Source: an uncultured delta proteobacterium (GTDB lineage Bacteria > Myxococcota > Myxococcia > Myxococcales > Anaeromyxobacteraceae). Taken from it: a DNA stretch of 64,000 nucleotides. Positions within the stretch are counted from its first letter, which is position 1. Each line of letters opens with the position of its first letter. Positions 1 to 10,856 of the stretch are shown here, in pieces. The stretch covers positions 224,001 through 288,000 of the forward strand of contig CAVYBH010000012.1 in the NCBI GenBank assembly GCA_963766715.1. The letters are read 5' to 3'. Both the position numbers and the translations under genes were made by a program. Below the pieces are notes generated by a model that was not told the origin of the DNA, did not search any database, and worked only from the letters and a program-made list of their open reading frames with translations.

Positions 1-1
1 G

Positions 2-406
2 CAGCTGGCCGCGGACCTGGCGGCCGAGCGGCTGCCCGGCGTCCGCTTCCGCCCGGTCGGCTTCACCCCGACCTGGGACAAGCACGAGGGCCGGCTCTGC
101 CACGGGGTGGAGGTCCACGTGCACGACGCCGAGGCCTTCCGTCCGTTCCGCACGGGACTCGCGTGCGTGGCCGTGGCGCGGGCCCAGGACCCCGATCGGT
201 TCGCCTGGCGCACCGAGACCTACGAGTTCGTGGAGGGGGTCCCGGCCTTCGACCTGCTCTGCGGCTCCGACCGGGAACGGAAGGCCATCGAGGCGGGAGA
301 TCGCTGGCGGGAGCTCGCCCGGGGCTTCTCCGCCGAGGAGCGCGCCTTCGCGCGGCGGCGGTCGCGTTTCCTCCGCTACGCCGGTCAGGGCAGGATGGCC
401 GGATGA
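2..406 (+). CDS. DUF1343 family exo-beta-N-acetylmuramidase (NamZ-like), C-terminal part, truncated by window start
   Basis: Frame open from the window edge: LPGVRFRPVGFTPTWDKHEGRLCHGVEVHV...FDLLCGSD...F..RR.RFLRY, typical of the DUF1343 C-terminus. Confidence 0.8.
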   Translation, partial: QLAADLAAERLPGVRFRPVGFTPTWDKHEGRLCHGVEVHVHDAEAFRPFRTGLACVAVARAQDPDRFAWRTETYEFVEGVPAFDLLCGSDRERKAIEAGDRWRELARGFSAEERAFARRRSRFLRYAGQGRMAG

Positions 407-974
407 GAGAGACCGCGATCCTGGGTGGCTCCTTCAACCCGCCCCACGTCGCCCACGTGATGGCCGCCTACTGGACGCTCGCCACGCAGGGGGTGAGCGA
501 GGTCTGGATGATGCCGTCCTTCCGTCACCCTTCGGGAAGGCGCTCGCGCCGTTCGAGGACCGCGTCCGGATGTGCGAGCTGGCCGCGGCCCCGCTCCGGG
601 GGCTCCACGTCTGCACCGCCGAGGCCGACCTGGCCGACGATCCGCTGGTGGGGAAGACGGCCCGGACGCTCGAGTACCTGGTGGAGAAGCACCCCGACCG
701 GAAGTTCACGCTGGTGGTCGGAGCGGACATCGTGGCCGACACGCCCAAGTGGTACCGGTTCGATCGCGTCCGCGAGCTGGCTCGGGTCATCGTGGTCGGG
801 CGAGCCGGCGAGGCCGCCTTCGCCGACGGGCCGGCGCTCCCGGACGTCTCGTCGACGGAGGTGCGCGAGCGGCTCCGCCGGGGCGAGGACGTGTCGGCGC
901 TGGTGCCGACCCGCGTGCGCGAGTACATCCGCGAGCGCGGGCTGTACCGCGAGGAAACGCCGGCCGCGGGCTAG
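403..974 (+). CDS. nadD: Nicotinate-nucleotide adenylyltransferase (frameshift near 530)
   Basis: ILGGSFNPPHVAH motif, then in another frame LVVGAD, W and DVSSTEVRER; ATGA overlap with the upstream stop. Confidence 0.9.
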
Positions 975-3370
975 CCGATCCGGCGGAAGGCGAGTGCGCC
1001 GGACTCGACGGCGACCTCGAGCTCGTCCCCGGGCACGAGCTCCCCGGAGAGGATGCGCTCGGCGATGGGCCCCTCGACGAGCCGCTGCACCGCGCCGCGC
1101 ATGGGGCGCGCCCCGAGCGAGGCGTCGAAGCCGCCGGTCGAGAGCAGGTGCTCCACCACGTCGTCCCCGGCGAAGAACCGGATGCGGCGCTCGGCGACCA
1201 GGCGGTCGGAGGACTGCCGGAGCAGGAGGGAGGCCACGCGGGCCACGTCCTCCCGGGAGAGCGCCGGGAAGACCAGCCGCTCGTCGAGCCGGTTCCAGAG
1301 CTCCGGAGGGAGCGCGCCGCGGGCCGCCTGCGCCGCGCGGTCCTCCCGGGTTCCGGCCGCGTCGGCGGGGCCGAAGCCCATCACGCCCGTGGCCGACCGG
1401 GTGGCCTCGAAGCCGCCGAGGTTGGTGGTGAGCACGACGACGGTGGACGAGAAGTCGACCTGCCGGCCGCGGCCGTCGGTGAGCCGCCCCTCCTCGAGCA
1501 CCTGGAGGAGGAGCAGCAGGACGTCGCGGTGGGCCTTGTCGATCTCGTCGAGGACCACGACGCTGGCGGGGCGCCGGCGCACCGCGTCGGTGAGCTGGCC
1601 GCCCTCGCCGTAGCCGACGTAGCCGGGAGCCGCGCCGACCAGCCGGGCCACGCCGGTGGGCTCGCTGCACTCGCTCATGTCGAGCCGGACGAGCGCCTGG
1701 TCGCTGCCGAAGAGCGCGTCGGCGAGGGCCCGCGCCAGCTCGGTCTTGCCGACGCCGGTGGGGCCGAGGAAGAGGAAGCTGCCCATGGGGCGGCGCGAGG
1801 CGAACCCGGCGAAGTTCCGGCGCAGCACCCGGGCCACCCGCGCGATGGTCTCGGAGTGCCCCACGATGCGGGAGGCGAGCGCGTCCTCGAGCCCGAGGAG
1901 GCGATCCCGATCCCCCGAGACGAGCCGCGACTCGGGGATGCCGGCCATCTGCGCCACCACCCGCGCCACGTCGGCGGCGCCCACCTCGGCGACCCCCTGC
2001 CTGCGGGCCCGCGAGCCCGCCAGGTCCATCGCCGCCACGGCCTTGTCGGGCAGGAACCGATCGCGGACGTAGCGGGAGGTGAGGGAGGCAGCCGCCTCGA
2101 CGGCATCCCCGGCGAAGCGGACGGCGTGGTGCTGCTCGTAGCGCGGCAGGATGCCCTGGAGGATCCGGATGGTGTCGGGGACGGACGGCTCGCGCACCAG
2201 GACGGGCGTGAAGCGCCGTTCCAGCGCCGGGTCCCGCTCGATGTGCTTGCGGTACTCGTCGTGGGTCGTGGCGCCGATGCAGGGGAACTCGCCCCGGGCC
2301 AGGCCGGCCTTGAGCTCGTTGGCGGCGTCCTGGGGCCCCTCGCCGGTGGAGCCGGCGCCCATCACGGTGTGGATCTCGTCGATGAAGACCACGACGCGCC
2401 CCTCGGCGCGCCGGACCTCGTCCTGGATTCCGCGGAGCTTCTCGGAGAAGGAGCCGCGCAGCTGGGTGCCGGAGAGCACGCTCGCCATGTCGAGCTCGAC
2501 GACGACGCGAGGCGATCCCTGGGCCAGCATGCGCTGGGCGACGCCCTCGACGATGGCGGTCTTGCCGACGCCGGCCTCGCCGACCAGCAGCGGATTGTTG
2601 GTGCGACGCTTCCCCAGGACGTCGAGCGCCTGCTCCACCTCGATCTCGCGACCGACCAGCGGGTCCAGCCGGCCGGAGGCGGCCAGCTCGGTCAGGTTGC
2701 GCCCCAGCTGGGAGAGCCAGGGAAAGTCGGCGGGCTCGAGCGCGTGCGCGGAGCGGGGGCGGCCGGCCGCGGGCGCGGAGGGAGCGCTCGAGGGGCGGGC
2801 TGCCGGGCGCGGAGAGAGGTCGAGCGCGGAGGCGTCGACCTCGTCGTCGCCGGCCTCCAGGTCGAGGTCGCCATCGCCCGGATCCTCCCGGGGCGCGGCG
2901 GGACGGCGGGCGACCGGGGGCGGGGCCGCGCGGGTCGCGGGCTGGGGAACCCGGCGCAGGCGCCGGGGCATGCCCGCCGTGTAGTAGGAGAGGGCCACGT
3001 TGCGCAGGGCCGCCTGCTCGAGGCCGCAGGCAGCGAGCAGCTGGTGGGCGGCGCAGTGGCGCACCCGGGTCATGGCGATGAGCAGGTGGAGGCAGTCGGT
3101 CTCCTCCGCGCGCAGCCCCTCGGCGACCTGGCGCGCGCGGTCCCGCAGCGAGCGCTCGAGCCCGTCCGCCTCCTCCGGCGCCCCCGACATGCAGAGCAGG
3201 ATCCGGTCCTCGTCGACGCCCCGCTCGCGGAGCAGCATCTCGGCCCGGTTGGGCACGACGAAGAAGGCCAGGAGGAGGTGGGCGCTGGTCAGCCGCTGGT
3301 TGACGTTCCGCGCGATGTCGCCGGCCTCGGAGAGGACCTGGGCGAGCTCCATCGACTCGATGACGGGCAT
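971..3370 (-). CDS. ATP-dependent Clp protease ATP-binding subunit (ClpA/ClpC-like)
   Basis: Clp N-domain, two AAA+ modules (GEAGVGKT/FIDEIH; GPTGVGKT/LDEIDKAH), RFLPDKA, GARPMR; no ClpB middle coiled coil. Confidence 0.92.
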   Translation of the reverse strand: MPVIESMELAQVLSEAGDIARNVNQRLTSAHLLLAFFVVPNRAEMLLRERGVDEDRILLCMSGAPEEADGLERSLRDRARQVAEGLRAEETDCLHLLIAMTRVRHCAAHQLLAACGLEQAALRNVALSYYTAGMPRRLRRVPQPATRAAPPPVARRPAAPREDPGDGDLDLEAGDDEVDASALDLSPRPAARPSSAPSAPAAGRPRSAHALEPADFPWLSQLGRNLTELAASGRLDPLVGREIEVEQALDVLGKRRTNNPLLVGEAGVGKTAIVEGVAQRMLAQGSPRVVVELDMASVLSGTQLRGSFSEKLRGIQDEVRRAEGRVVVFIDEIHTVMGAGSTGEGPQDAANELKAGLARGEFPCIGATTHDEYRKHIERDPALERRFTPVLVREPSVPDTIRILQGILPRYEQHHAVRFAGDAVEAAASLTSRYVRDRFLPDKAVAAMDLAGSRARRQGVAEVGAADVARVVAQMAGIPESRLVSGDRDRLLGLEDALASRIVGHSETIARVARVLRRNFAGFASRRPMGSFLFLGPTGVGKTELARALADALFGSDQALVRLDMSECSEPTGVARLVGAAPGYVGYGEGGQLTDAVRRRPASVVVLDEIDKAHRDVLLLLLQVLEEGRLTDGRGRQVDFSSTVVVLTTNLGGFEATRSATGVMGFGPADAAGTREDRAAQAARGALPPELWNRLDERLVFPALSREDVARVASLLLRQSSDRLVAERRIRFFAGDDVVEHLLSTGGFDASLGARPMRGAVQRLVEGPIAERILSGELVPGDELEVAVESGALAFRRIG

Positions 3371-3447
3371 TGCCCCGCACGATGCGATATCGGGCGGATC
3401 CGGTCAATTATTCGGCGAATCCCGCTGCTTGGCGGCGCCCGGGGCGG

Positions 3448-4282
3448 TCAGTCGAGCCCGAGCTCCCGCAGCTGGTCCTCGTCGAGGCCGAGGAAGTGCC
3501 CGACCTCGTGGAGCAGGGTGACCCGGATCTCCTCGAGGAGCTCCTCCCGGCTGCGCGCGTAGCGCTCCAGGTTCCGCTGGAAGAGGGCGATCGACGACGG
3601 GAAGTGGCTCCAGGGATCCATCGACGCCTTCTGGCCGAGCGGAGAGCCGCGGAAGATCCCGAGAATCGAGGGGGAGTGGGGCGGGTCGGAGGCGAGGAGC
3701 TCCTCCACGTCGGGGAGGTCCTCGACCGATACGGCCACGTTGGCCAGGTACCTGCGCACCGGCTCGGGGAGCTCGGCCAGCGCCGCCTCCACGACCTCCT
3801 CGAACGCGTCGGGAGAGAGGGTGACGCCCGTCGCGAACTCCTCCGGCGCGAGCGTCCGGGCGCGGTCGAGGTGGCGGGCGGCAGCGGCGGCTCGCCCCAG
3901 GCGCTCGAAGCAGAGCCCCAGCAGCCAGTGGGACCAGGGGTCCTCCGGATCCTCGTGGAGGATCCGGGAAAGGACGTCGGCGGCCTCCTCGAACCGGCAC
4001 AGCTCGTGAAGCGCGTTCGCCTCCTCGGCCCAGACGTCCAGGTCGTCGGGGAAGGCTTCCGCAGCCACGGCGATGCGCGCGAGCGCGGTGCGGGCATCGC
4101 CGAGCGCCACGAGCGCCTGCCCCTCGGTCAGCGCGAGGCGCGCGCGGAGCTCCGAGGTCCTCGCCGCGCTCGGCCAGCCTGGAGCCCTCGGTCGCGAGCT
4201 CGAGGGCCCGCCCGGAGTCGCCGGCCTCCAGGGCGTCGATCGCCTCGTCGAGGAGCCGCTCCGCGGTGAGGTTGGCGGCCAC
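3448..4282 (-). CDS. TPR repeat plus Zincin_1 (minimal metallopeptidase) protein (frameshift near 4150)
   Basis: TPR-like helices, then IALFQRNLER...EIRVTLLHEVGHFLGLDED (HExxH); N-terminus MAANLTAERLLDEA is in a different frame. Confidence 0.8.
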
Positions 4283-4291
4283 GTCGCGACC

Positions 4292-5650
4292 TCAGTGCGG
4301 CGCCGGCGGGAGCTCGGCCGCGGCGATGTAGACGACGTTGCGGGTGGTCTCCTTGCCCCGGTACATGGCCCGGTCGGCCAGCTCGAGCAGCATCGACTTC
4401 GAGGGCGCGTGCTCCGGGTGGCTGGCCAGTCCGATGGAGACGGTGAGGCGCACCGAGTGCCCCTCCCGCGAGAGGAAGCGATGGTCCTCGACCGCGCGCC
4501 GGATGCGTTCCGCCACCTTGAGGCCCCCGCCGGAGTCGACGGCCGCCAGGACGGCCACGAACTCGTCGCCCCCGTAGCGGACGAGCACGTCGTCGTCCCG
4601 GACGCAGGAGCGGAGCACGCGACCGAACTCTCCGAGGAGCCGGGAGCCCATGAGGTGGCCGTGCCGATCGTTCACCGACTTGAAGCGGTCGAGATCCATG
4701 AACAGCAGGGTGAACGGGCGGCCGCCGGCCAGCTCCCGCTCGAGCGCCACGTCGAGGAACCGGCTGTTGTAGAGGTGCGTGACGTCGTCCACGTAGGCGA
4801 GGTGCTCCACGTGGGAGAGGCGTCCGAGGGTCTTCAGCGCCATCCCCAGGTGGCGGCAGATGAAGGCGGCTCGCCCGGCCCGCTCCGCGTCGAGCGGGCC
4901 CGGCACGAGCAGGCAGATCGCGCCGAGGATGCGCGGCCCGTCCGAGAGGGGAAGGCACAGGCATCTCGAGGCCGGCTGGCCCGCGGCCTCCGGGAGCGCG
5001 ACGATCAGGGTCGCGTCGGGGACGAGATCGGAGAGGAGGGGCAGGGCGGGGGCGAGGAACTCGGGCGCGGCCTCGGCCGGGAGGCCGTGGACGCCGGTGA
5101 GTCGCCAGCCATCCGCCCCCTCCGGCTCGAGAAGGCCGGCGCCTCGTGCGCCACACCCCGAGGCGAGCGCAGGCAGCGCCAGCGCGACGACCTTGTCCCG
5201 TTCCAGCGTGCCGGTGATCCGCTGGCAGGTCTCGAAGAGGTTCACGTGGCCGCGAAGCGCGCTGTTCTCCGCCAGCAGCGCCCGGGTCGAGAGGCTCCGC
5301 TGGACCGCCAGCTGGAGGGCCTCCGGGGTCACGGGCTTCACCAGGTAGTCGGAGGCGCCGGCCCGCATGGCGCGCACCGCGGGATCCACCCGATCGAGCG
5401 CGGTGATCACCACCACCTGGACGTCGGGGTCGAGCTGCTTGGCGTCGGCGAGGAGCTGGAGCCCGTCTCCGCCGGGCATCACGATGTCGGTGAGGAGGAC
5501 GTCGAACCGACGCCCCTCGAGGATCCGGACCGCCGCGGGCGCGTTCTCGGCGACCTCGACGTCGTAGCCGGCCGCGCGCAGGTAGTCGGCGTACAGCGTC
5601 CGGGCAAAGCGCTCGTCGTCCACCAGGAGCACCGAAGCCGGCATGTCCAT
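4292..5650 (-). CDS. Response regulator-GAF-GGDEF diguanylate cyclase
   Basis: Receiver domain (LLVDD, TDIVMP, KP), D.D.FK.VND.HGH, RDDD I-site followed by VLVRYGGDEF. Confidence 0.92.
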   Translation of the reverse strand: MDMPASVLLVDDERFARTLYADYLRAAGYDVEVAENAPAAVRILEGRRFDVLLTDIVMPGGDGLQLLADAKQLDPDVQVVVITALDRVDPAVRAMRAGASDYLVKPVTPEALQLAVQRSLSTRALLAENSALRGHVNLFETCQRITGTLERDKVVALALPALASGCGARGAGLLEPEGADGWRLTGVHGLPAEAAPEFLAPALPLLSDLVPDATLIVALPEAAGQPASRCLCLPLSDGPRILGAICLLVPGPLDAERAGRAAFICRHLGMALKTLGRLSHVEHLAYVDDVTHLYNSRFLDVALERELAGGRPFTLLFMDLDRFKSVNDRHGHLMGSRLLGEFGRVLRSCVRDDDVLVRYGGDEFVAVLAAVDSGGGLKVAERIRRAVEDHRFLSREGHSVRLTVSIGLASHPEHAPSKSMLLELADRAMYRGKETTRNVVYIAAAELPPAPH

Positions 5651-5667
5651 TGGTATACCATGATCAC

Positions 5668-6434
5668 ATGATCACCCCTCCGGGGCGTCAGGTGCTTCTC
5701 TTCTCGGCCGGGGGTATCCGCTTCGCTCTTCCGCTCCGCGCGGTGCGCGAGATCGCGCGGTTACCCCTCGATCCCGCCCGCCCGGCGCCCGCGCGAAGCG
5801 TTCAGCTGGCGGGTACGCTCGGCCTCGCCGGCGACCCCCGCTTCGCCTTGATCCTCGAGGGAGACGACGCCGGGGAGCTTCAGGTGGACGCGCTCGGCGG
5901 GGTGGGAGACCTGGCCCAGGCCGAGGTGTTCCGGCTCCCGGAACGCAGCGCCGGCGTGCGTCCGTCGCCGTTCGCCGCGGCGCTCCGCTTCGGCGACACG
6001 ATCCACCTGGAGCTTCGCCGTCGGCGCTGGAAGGATCCCGGCCGGTGTCGTGGCGGCCAGCCCCGGAGCAGGGCGATCGGCCGGCAGGCGAGCGGGAGCT
6101 CGTCGCCGAGCGGGGAGGGCGCGCGCTGGCCGTCCCGCTGTCCCTCGTCGTCCAGGTCATCGAGCCGGCGCGTCCGTCGCCCGTTCCGCTGGCCCCGCGT
6201 GGGCATCGCGGACTGCTCTACCACGGGCGCGCGATCCACCCGATCTGGGACGCCGCCTCGCTCCTCGGGTGGTCCGAGGACGGGGAGCCGCGGGTGAGCT
6301 TGCTCCTCGACGCCGGGGGGACGACGGCGGGGGTGCTCGTGGACCGCGTCCGGGGGGTGGGAGAGGGTGGTGTGGGCGAGACCGTGCGACGCCCGCACTG
6401 GGACGCGCTCCTCGCGCCCCTCGAGGTGGGATAA
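5668..6434 (+). CDS. Tandem CheW-domain protein (RomA-like), frameshift near 6020-6050
   Basis: Two CheW-like segments (FALPLRAVREI; LAVPLSLVVQVIE...VPLAPRGHRGLLYHG...GVLVDRVRG); lies directly upstream of romR as in Myxococcus. Confidence 0.75.
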
Positions 6435-6447
6435 GTTGCGAGGAAGA

Positions 6448-6477
6448 TTGACACTCGGAGGAACCGCGCGTTAGCTC
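6448..6477 (+). promoter_or_regulatory. Putative sigma70 promoter of romR
   Basis: TTGACA (6448-6453), 18-nt spacer, TAGCTC (6472-6477). Confidence 0.45.
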
Positions 6478-6506
6478 TCCGAGACGCTCTCGCGCCCGAG
6501 ATTCCC

Positions 6507-7574
6507 ATGCCCAAGACCCTGCTCCTCGCCGACGATTCGGTCACCATCCAGAAGGTGGTCGGCATCATCTTCGCGACCGAGGACTACCGGATCGTGGCCG
6601 TGGAGAACGGCGACGACGCCTTGCGACGGGCCCGCGAGGCGAGGCCGGACATCGTCCTGGCCGACGCGGTCATGCCCCGCATGAACGGGTACGAGCTGTG
6701 CCAGGCGATCAAGGCCGACCCGCAGCTCGCCGACGTGCCCGTGCTGCTCCTGGCCGGGACCTTCGAGCCGTTCGACGAGGCGCGCGCCCGTGCGGCCCGC
6801 GCCGACGGCCACATCGCCAAGCCCTTCGAGAGCCACGCCCTGCTCACCCGGGTTCGCGAGCTGGTCGAGGGCGTCACCATCGAGGCGCCGCCGCAGCCGT
6901 ACGCGCGATCCGCCCCGCCCGCGGCGATCCCGCAGGCGCCCCCTCCCGGCCCGCCGAGGCGTGCGGTGCCGCCGCCCTTCGCTCCGCCGTCGCGGCCCGC
7001 CCCGCGGGCAGGGGTGGCCATTCCTCCCGCGGGCGCCCGCCCGGGTCCGCTTCCGGTGCCCGGCGCCCGAGGCCCCGGGCTCCGTCCCCCGATGCCGGGG
7101 ATTCCGCGGCCATCGGCCGGCGCGGTCCGCCCGCCGCCGTTTCCTCCGGCCGGGACCGCCGCCCGCGGCGCCAGCCCCGCGCCGCGCCCCTTCGCCCCCG
7201 CCCCGCCTCGGCCCGCCGCCCCGGTCCGTCCGCCGCCGCCGCCGGAGCCCTTCGGCTTCGCGCCGCCCCTGGCGGCCGACGACGACTGGAGCGACGTGTC
7301 CTCGGGGGAGATCGCGCTTCGGCCTCCGCCGCAGGCGCCCCGGCGTGAGGCGCCTGCGCCCGCCGCCCCGCCGCCGGCCCCCGTGGCCCACGCCGCTCCC
7401 CTGGCTCACGCGGCTCCCGCGGCCGACGGCGGAGAGGCCGCCCTCCGGCTCGCCCTGTCCCAGGCTTCCCGGGAAGTGATCGAGCGGATCGCCTGGGAGG
7501 TCGTGCCCCAGCTCGCGGAGGTGATCATCCGTGAGCACGTGGAACGCCTGGTGAACGAGCGCCAGAAGCGCTGA
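6507..7574 (+). CDS. romR: Polarity response regulator RomR
   Basis: N-terminal receiver, long Pro-rich linker, conserved C-terminal ALSQASREVIERIAWEVVPQLAEVIIRE; CheW-romR-valS gene order. Confidence 0.88.
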   Translation: MPKTLLLADDSVTIQKVVGIIFATEDYRIVAVENGDDALRRAREARPDIVLADAVMPRMNGYELCQAIKADPQLADVPVLLLAGTFEPFDEARARAARADGHIAKPFESHALLTRVRELVEGVTIEAPPQPYARSAPPAAIPQAPPPGPPRRAVPPPFAPPSRPAPRAGVAIPPAGARPGPLPVPGARGPGLRPPMPGIPRPSAGAVRPPPFPPAGTAARGASPAPRPFAPAPPRPAAPVRPPPPPEPFGFAPPLAADDDWSDVSSGEIALRPPPQAPRREAPAPAAPPPAPVAHAAPLAHAAPAADGGEAALRLALSQASREVIERIAWEVVPQLAEVIIREHVERLVNERQKR

Positions 7575-7649
7575 TCGAGGCGACGACCGCAGGGATGGGA
7601 GCCGAGGGAGCGCTCCTTCCGGTGCGGCGTGCGCCATGGAGAACGACGA

Positions 7650-10600
7650 GTGTCCGAGGAACGACCGACCCCGCCCGCGACCGAGCTGTCGAAGGCCTAC
7701 GACCACCAGGACGTCGAGCCCCGCTGGTACGCGACCTGGCTCGAGCGCGGCTACTTCCACGGCGACGAGAACGACCGGTCCCGGCCGGCCTTCTCCATCG
7801 TCCTGCCGCCGCCGAACGTCACCGGCTCGCTGCACCTCGGCCACGCGCTCACCGCCACCATCCAGGACATCCTGATCCGCTGGAAGCGCATGAGCGGCTT
7901 CAACGTCCTCTGGCTCCCCGGCACGGACCACGCCGGCATCGCCACGCAGATGGTGGTCGAGAAGGAGCTCCAGAAGACGGAGAAGAAGAGCCGCCACGAC
8001 CTCGGCCGCGAGGAGTTCCTGAAGCGCGTGTGGGCCTGGAAGGAGCAGTACGGCTCCCGCATCGGGGTCCAGCACCAGGCGCTGGGCGCCTCGCTCGACT
8101 GGCAGCGCGAGCGCTTCACCATGGACGAGGGGCTCTCCCGGGCCGTGCGCGAGGTCTTCGTGCGGCTCTGGGAGGAGGGGCTCATCTACCGGGCCAAGAA
8201 GCTCATCAACTGGTGCCCCAGGTGCCACACCGCGCTCTCCGACCTCGAGGTGAACTACGAGGAGAACCACCCCGGCGAGCTGTGGAGCTTCGCGTACCCC
8301 CTGGCCGACGGGTCGGGCGAGATCGTGGTGGCCACCACCCGTCCGGAGACCATGCTGGGAGACACCGCGGTCGCGGTTCACCCCGAGGACGAGCGCTGGC
8401 GCGCCGTGGTGGGCAAGAACGTCCGCCACCCCATCACCGGGCGCGAGTTCCCCGTGGTGGCCGACGCCATCCTGGTCGATCCGAAGTTCGGCACCGGGGC
8501 GGTGAAGGTCACGCCGGCCCACGACTTCAACGACTTCGAGGTGGCGCAGCGCCACGGCCTGCCGCTCATCGCCGTGATCGGTCCGGAAGGGAAGATGACC
8601 GCGGAGGCGGGCCCGTTCCAGGGGATGGACCGCTTCGAGGCGCGCAAGGCCGTGAAGGCGGCCATCGCGGAGAAGGGGCTCGACCGGGGCTCGAAGCCCC
8701 ACCTCCTGCCGCTGGGGCGCTGCCAGCGCTGCGAGACCGTGCTCGAGCCGCTCCTCTCCGACCAGTGGTACGTGAAGATCGAGCCGCTGGCGCGGCCGGC
8801 CATCGCCGCGGTGGAGGAGGGGAGGACCCGCTTCATCCCGGAGGGCTGGACCAACACCTACATGTCCTGGATGCGCAACATCCACGACTGGTGCATCTCG
8901 CGCCAGCTCTGGTGGGGCCACCAGATCCCGGCCTGGTACTGCGAGAACGGGCACGTCACCGTGGCGCGCCAGGCGCCGTCCGCCTGCGCCACCTGCGGCA
9001 GCGCGGCCCTGCGGCAGGACGAGGACGTGCTCGACACCTGGTTCTCGTCGGCGCTCTGGCCCTTCTCCACGCTGGGCTGGCCCGACCGCACCCGGGAGCT
9101 CGAGACCTTCTACCCGACCTCGGTCATGGAGACCGGGCACGACATCATCTTCTTCTGGGTGGCCCGGATGATGATGATGGGCATCCACTTCATGGGCGAC
9201 GTCCCCTTCCGCACCGTCTTCCTGCACCCCATGGTGCGGGACGAGAAGGGGCAGAAGATGTCGAAGACGAAGGGCAACGTCATCGACCCCCTGGAGATCA
9301 CCGGGAAGTACGGGGCCGACGCGCTGCGCTTCACGCTGGCCGCCCTGACGAGCGCGCAGGGGCGCGACATCAAGCTCGCCAAGGACCGCATCGAGGGCTT
9401 CCGGAACTTCGCGAACAAGCTCTGGAACGCCACCCGCTTCACCCTGATCAACCTGGACGCCGGGACCGATCCGTCGCGCGCCGAGGAGCTGGCGTGCACG
9501 CCGGCCGACCGGTGGCTGCTCGCCCGCCTTGCACGCGCGGTGAATTCGACCGTGGACGCGCTCGAGGCCTACCGCTTCGACGAGGCGGCGAGCACGATCT
9601 ACCGGTTCTGCTGGAACGATCTCTGCGACTGGGGCATCGAGCTCTACAAGGCGCTCGATCCCGACGACGCCGCCGGGAAGGCGGGCGCGCAGGCGGTGCT
9701 GGCCCACGCGCTCGACACGGCGCTCCGCCTGCTCCACCCCGTGATGCCCTTCGTCACCGAGGAGCTCTGGCAGATGCTGGGCCAGCGCGTGGGCGGGGGC
9801 GCGTGGCCCGCCTCGCTCCTCGAGGCGAAGTACCCGGCCCGCCGGCAGGTCGACGAGGCTGCCGAGCGCAGCTTCGGGCCGGTCCTGGGGGTGGTCGAGG
9901 CCATCCGCAACGTCCGCGGCGAGATGAGCGTTCCGTGGAAGACGCCGTTCCACGGCGTCGAGGTGGGAGGTCTCTCCGCCGAGGCGCTCGCGACGCTCCG
10001 CCTGGAGCAGCGGCGCGTGGAGCGGCTCGGCAACGCGCCGGGGCTCGTCCTGCACGAGGCCGGGCGCCCTGCCGGCCGACGTGCCCAGTGCGCGGTGTCG
10101 GTCGGCGACGGGTTCGAGGTGCTCATCCCGCTGGCGGGCGCCGTCGACATGGCGGCCGAGACGGCCCGCGTCGAGAAGGAGATCGCGAAGGTCGCCGCCG
10201 AGGTGGAGGGCGTGGCGAAGCGGCTCTCGAATCCGAGCTTCGTCGAGCGGGCGCCCGCCGAGGTGGTCGAGGAGGCGAAGGCCCGGGTCGTCGAGCTCGG
10301 CGAGAAGCGGCGCAAGCTGGAGGCGCACCGCGACCTGCTCGCGGGCGCACCGGTCGCCGCACCGGTCGAGGCGGCAGCAGCCGTCGCCGTCGTCCCGCCG
10401 GTCGAGGTGGCGGCCCCCGTGGGCGCCGCGCCCGCCGAGGTCTCCCGCGCCCGTCCCGCGGGCCGCGCCACTGGCTCGGCGGCAGCCCGCGCAGCTGGCC
10501 GTGAAGGCGGTGGCCGGGCTCGTCCGCAAGCTGGCCGGCCGGATTGTGAAGCGGACCTCCGCGGCGATGGTCCGCCGGACGCCCGCCCCGCTGGCGCTTC

Positions 10601-10854
10601 CCGGCGCGAAGGGCCAGAAGGGGCAGCCCACGCCGACCCGGAAGAACGGCGCGGGGAAGAAGGCCTCTGGAGGGCGCGTCGACGCGAAGAAGTCCGAAGA
10701 TGAAGAAGGTCGCCCCGAAGAAGGCGCCCCGAAGAAGGCGGCCCCCAGGAAGGCGGCCCCGAAGAAGGTCGCAGCGTCGAGGAAGCCCGCGGCGGGCAAG
10801 GCTGCGCGCAAGGGCAAGCCCTCCACCCGGCGGCCGACCCCCAGGAGGAGGTAG
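7650..10854 (+). CDS. valS: Valine--tRNA ligase with long Lys/Ala/Pro-rich C-terminal extension (frameshifts in the tail; ORF as called stops at 10703)
   Basis: PPPNVTGSLHLGH, GTDHAGIATQ, DWCISRQLWWGH, KMSKT; GTG start with GGAGA RBS. Confidence 0.95.
10703..10776 (+). repeat. Five approximately 15-bp tandem repeats encoding KK(V/A)AP-like pentapeptides
   Basis: aagaaggtcgccccg / aagaaggcgccccg (14 nt) / aagaaggcggccccc / aggaaggcggccccg / aagaaggtcgcagcg. Confidence 0.8.
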
Positions 10855-10856
10855 CC

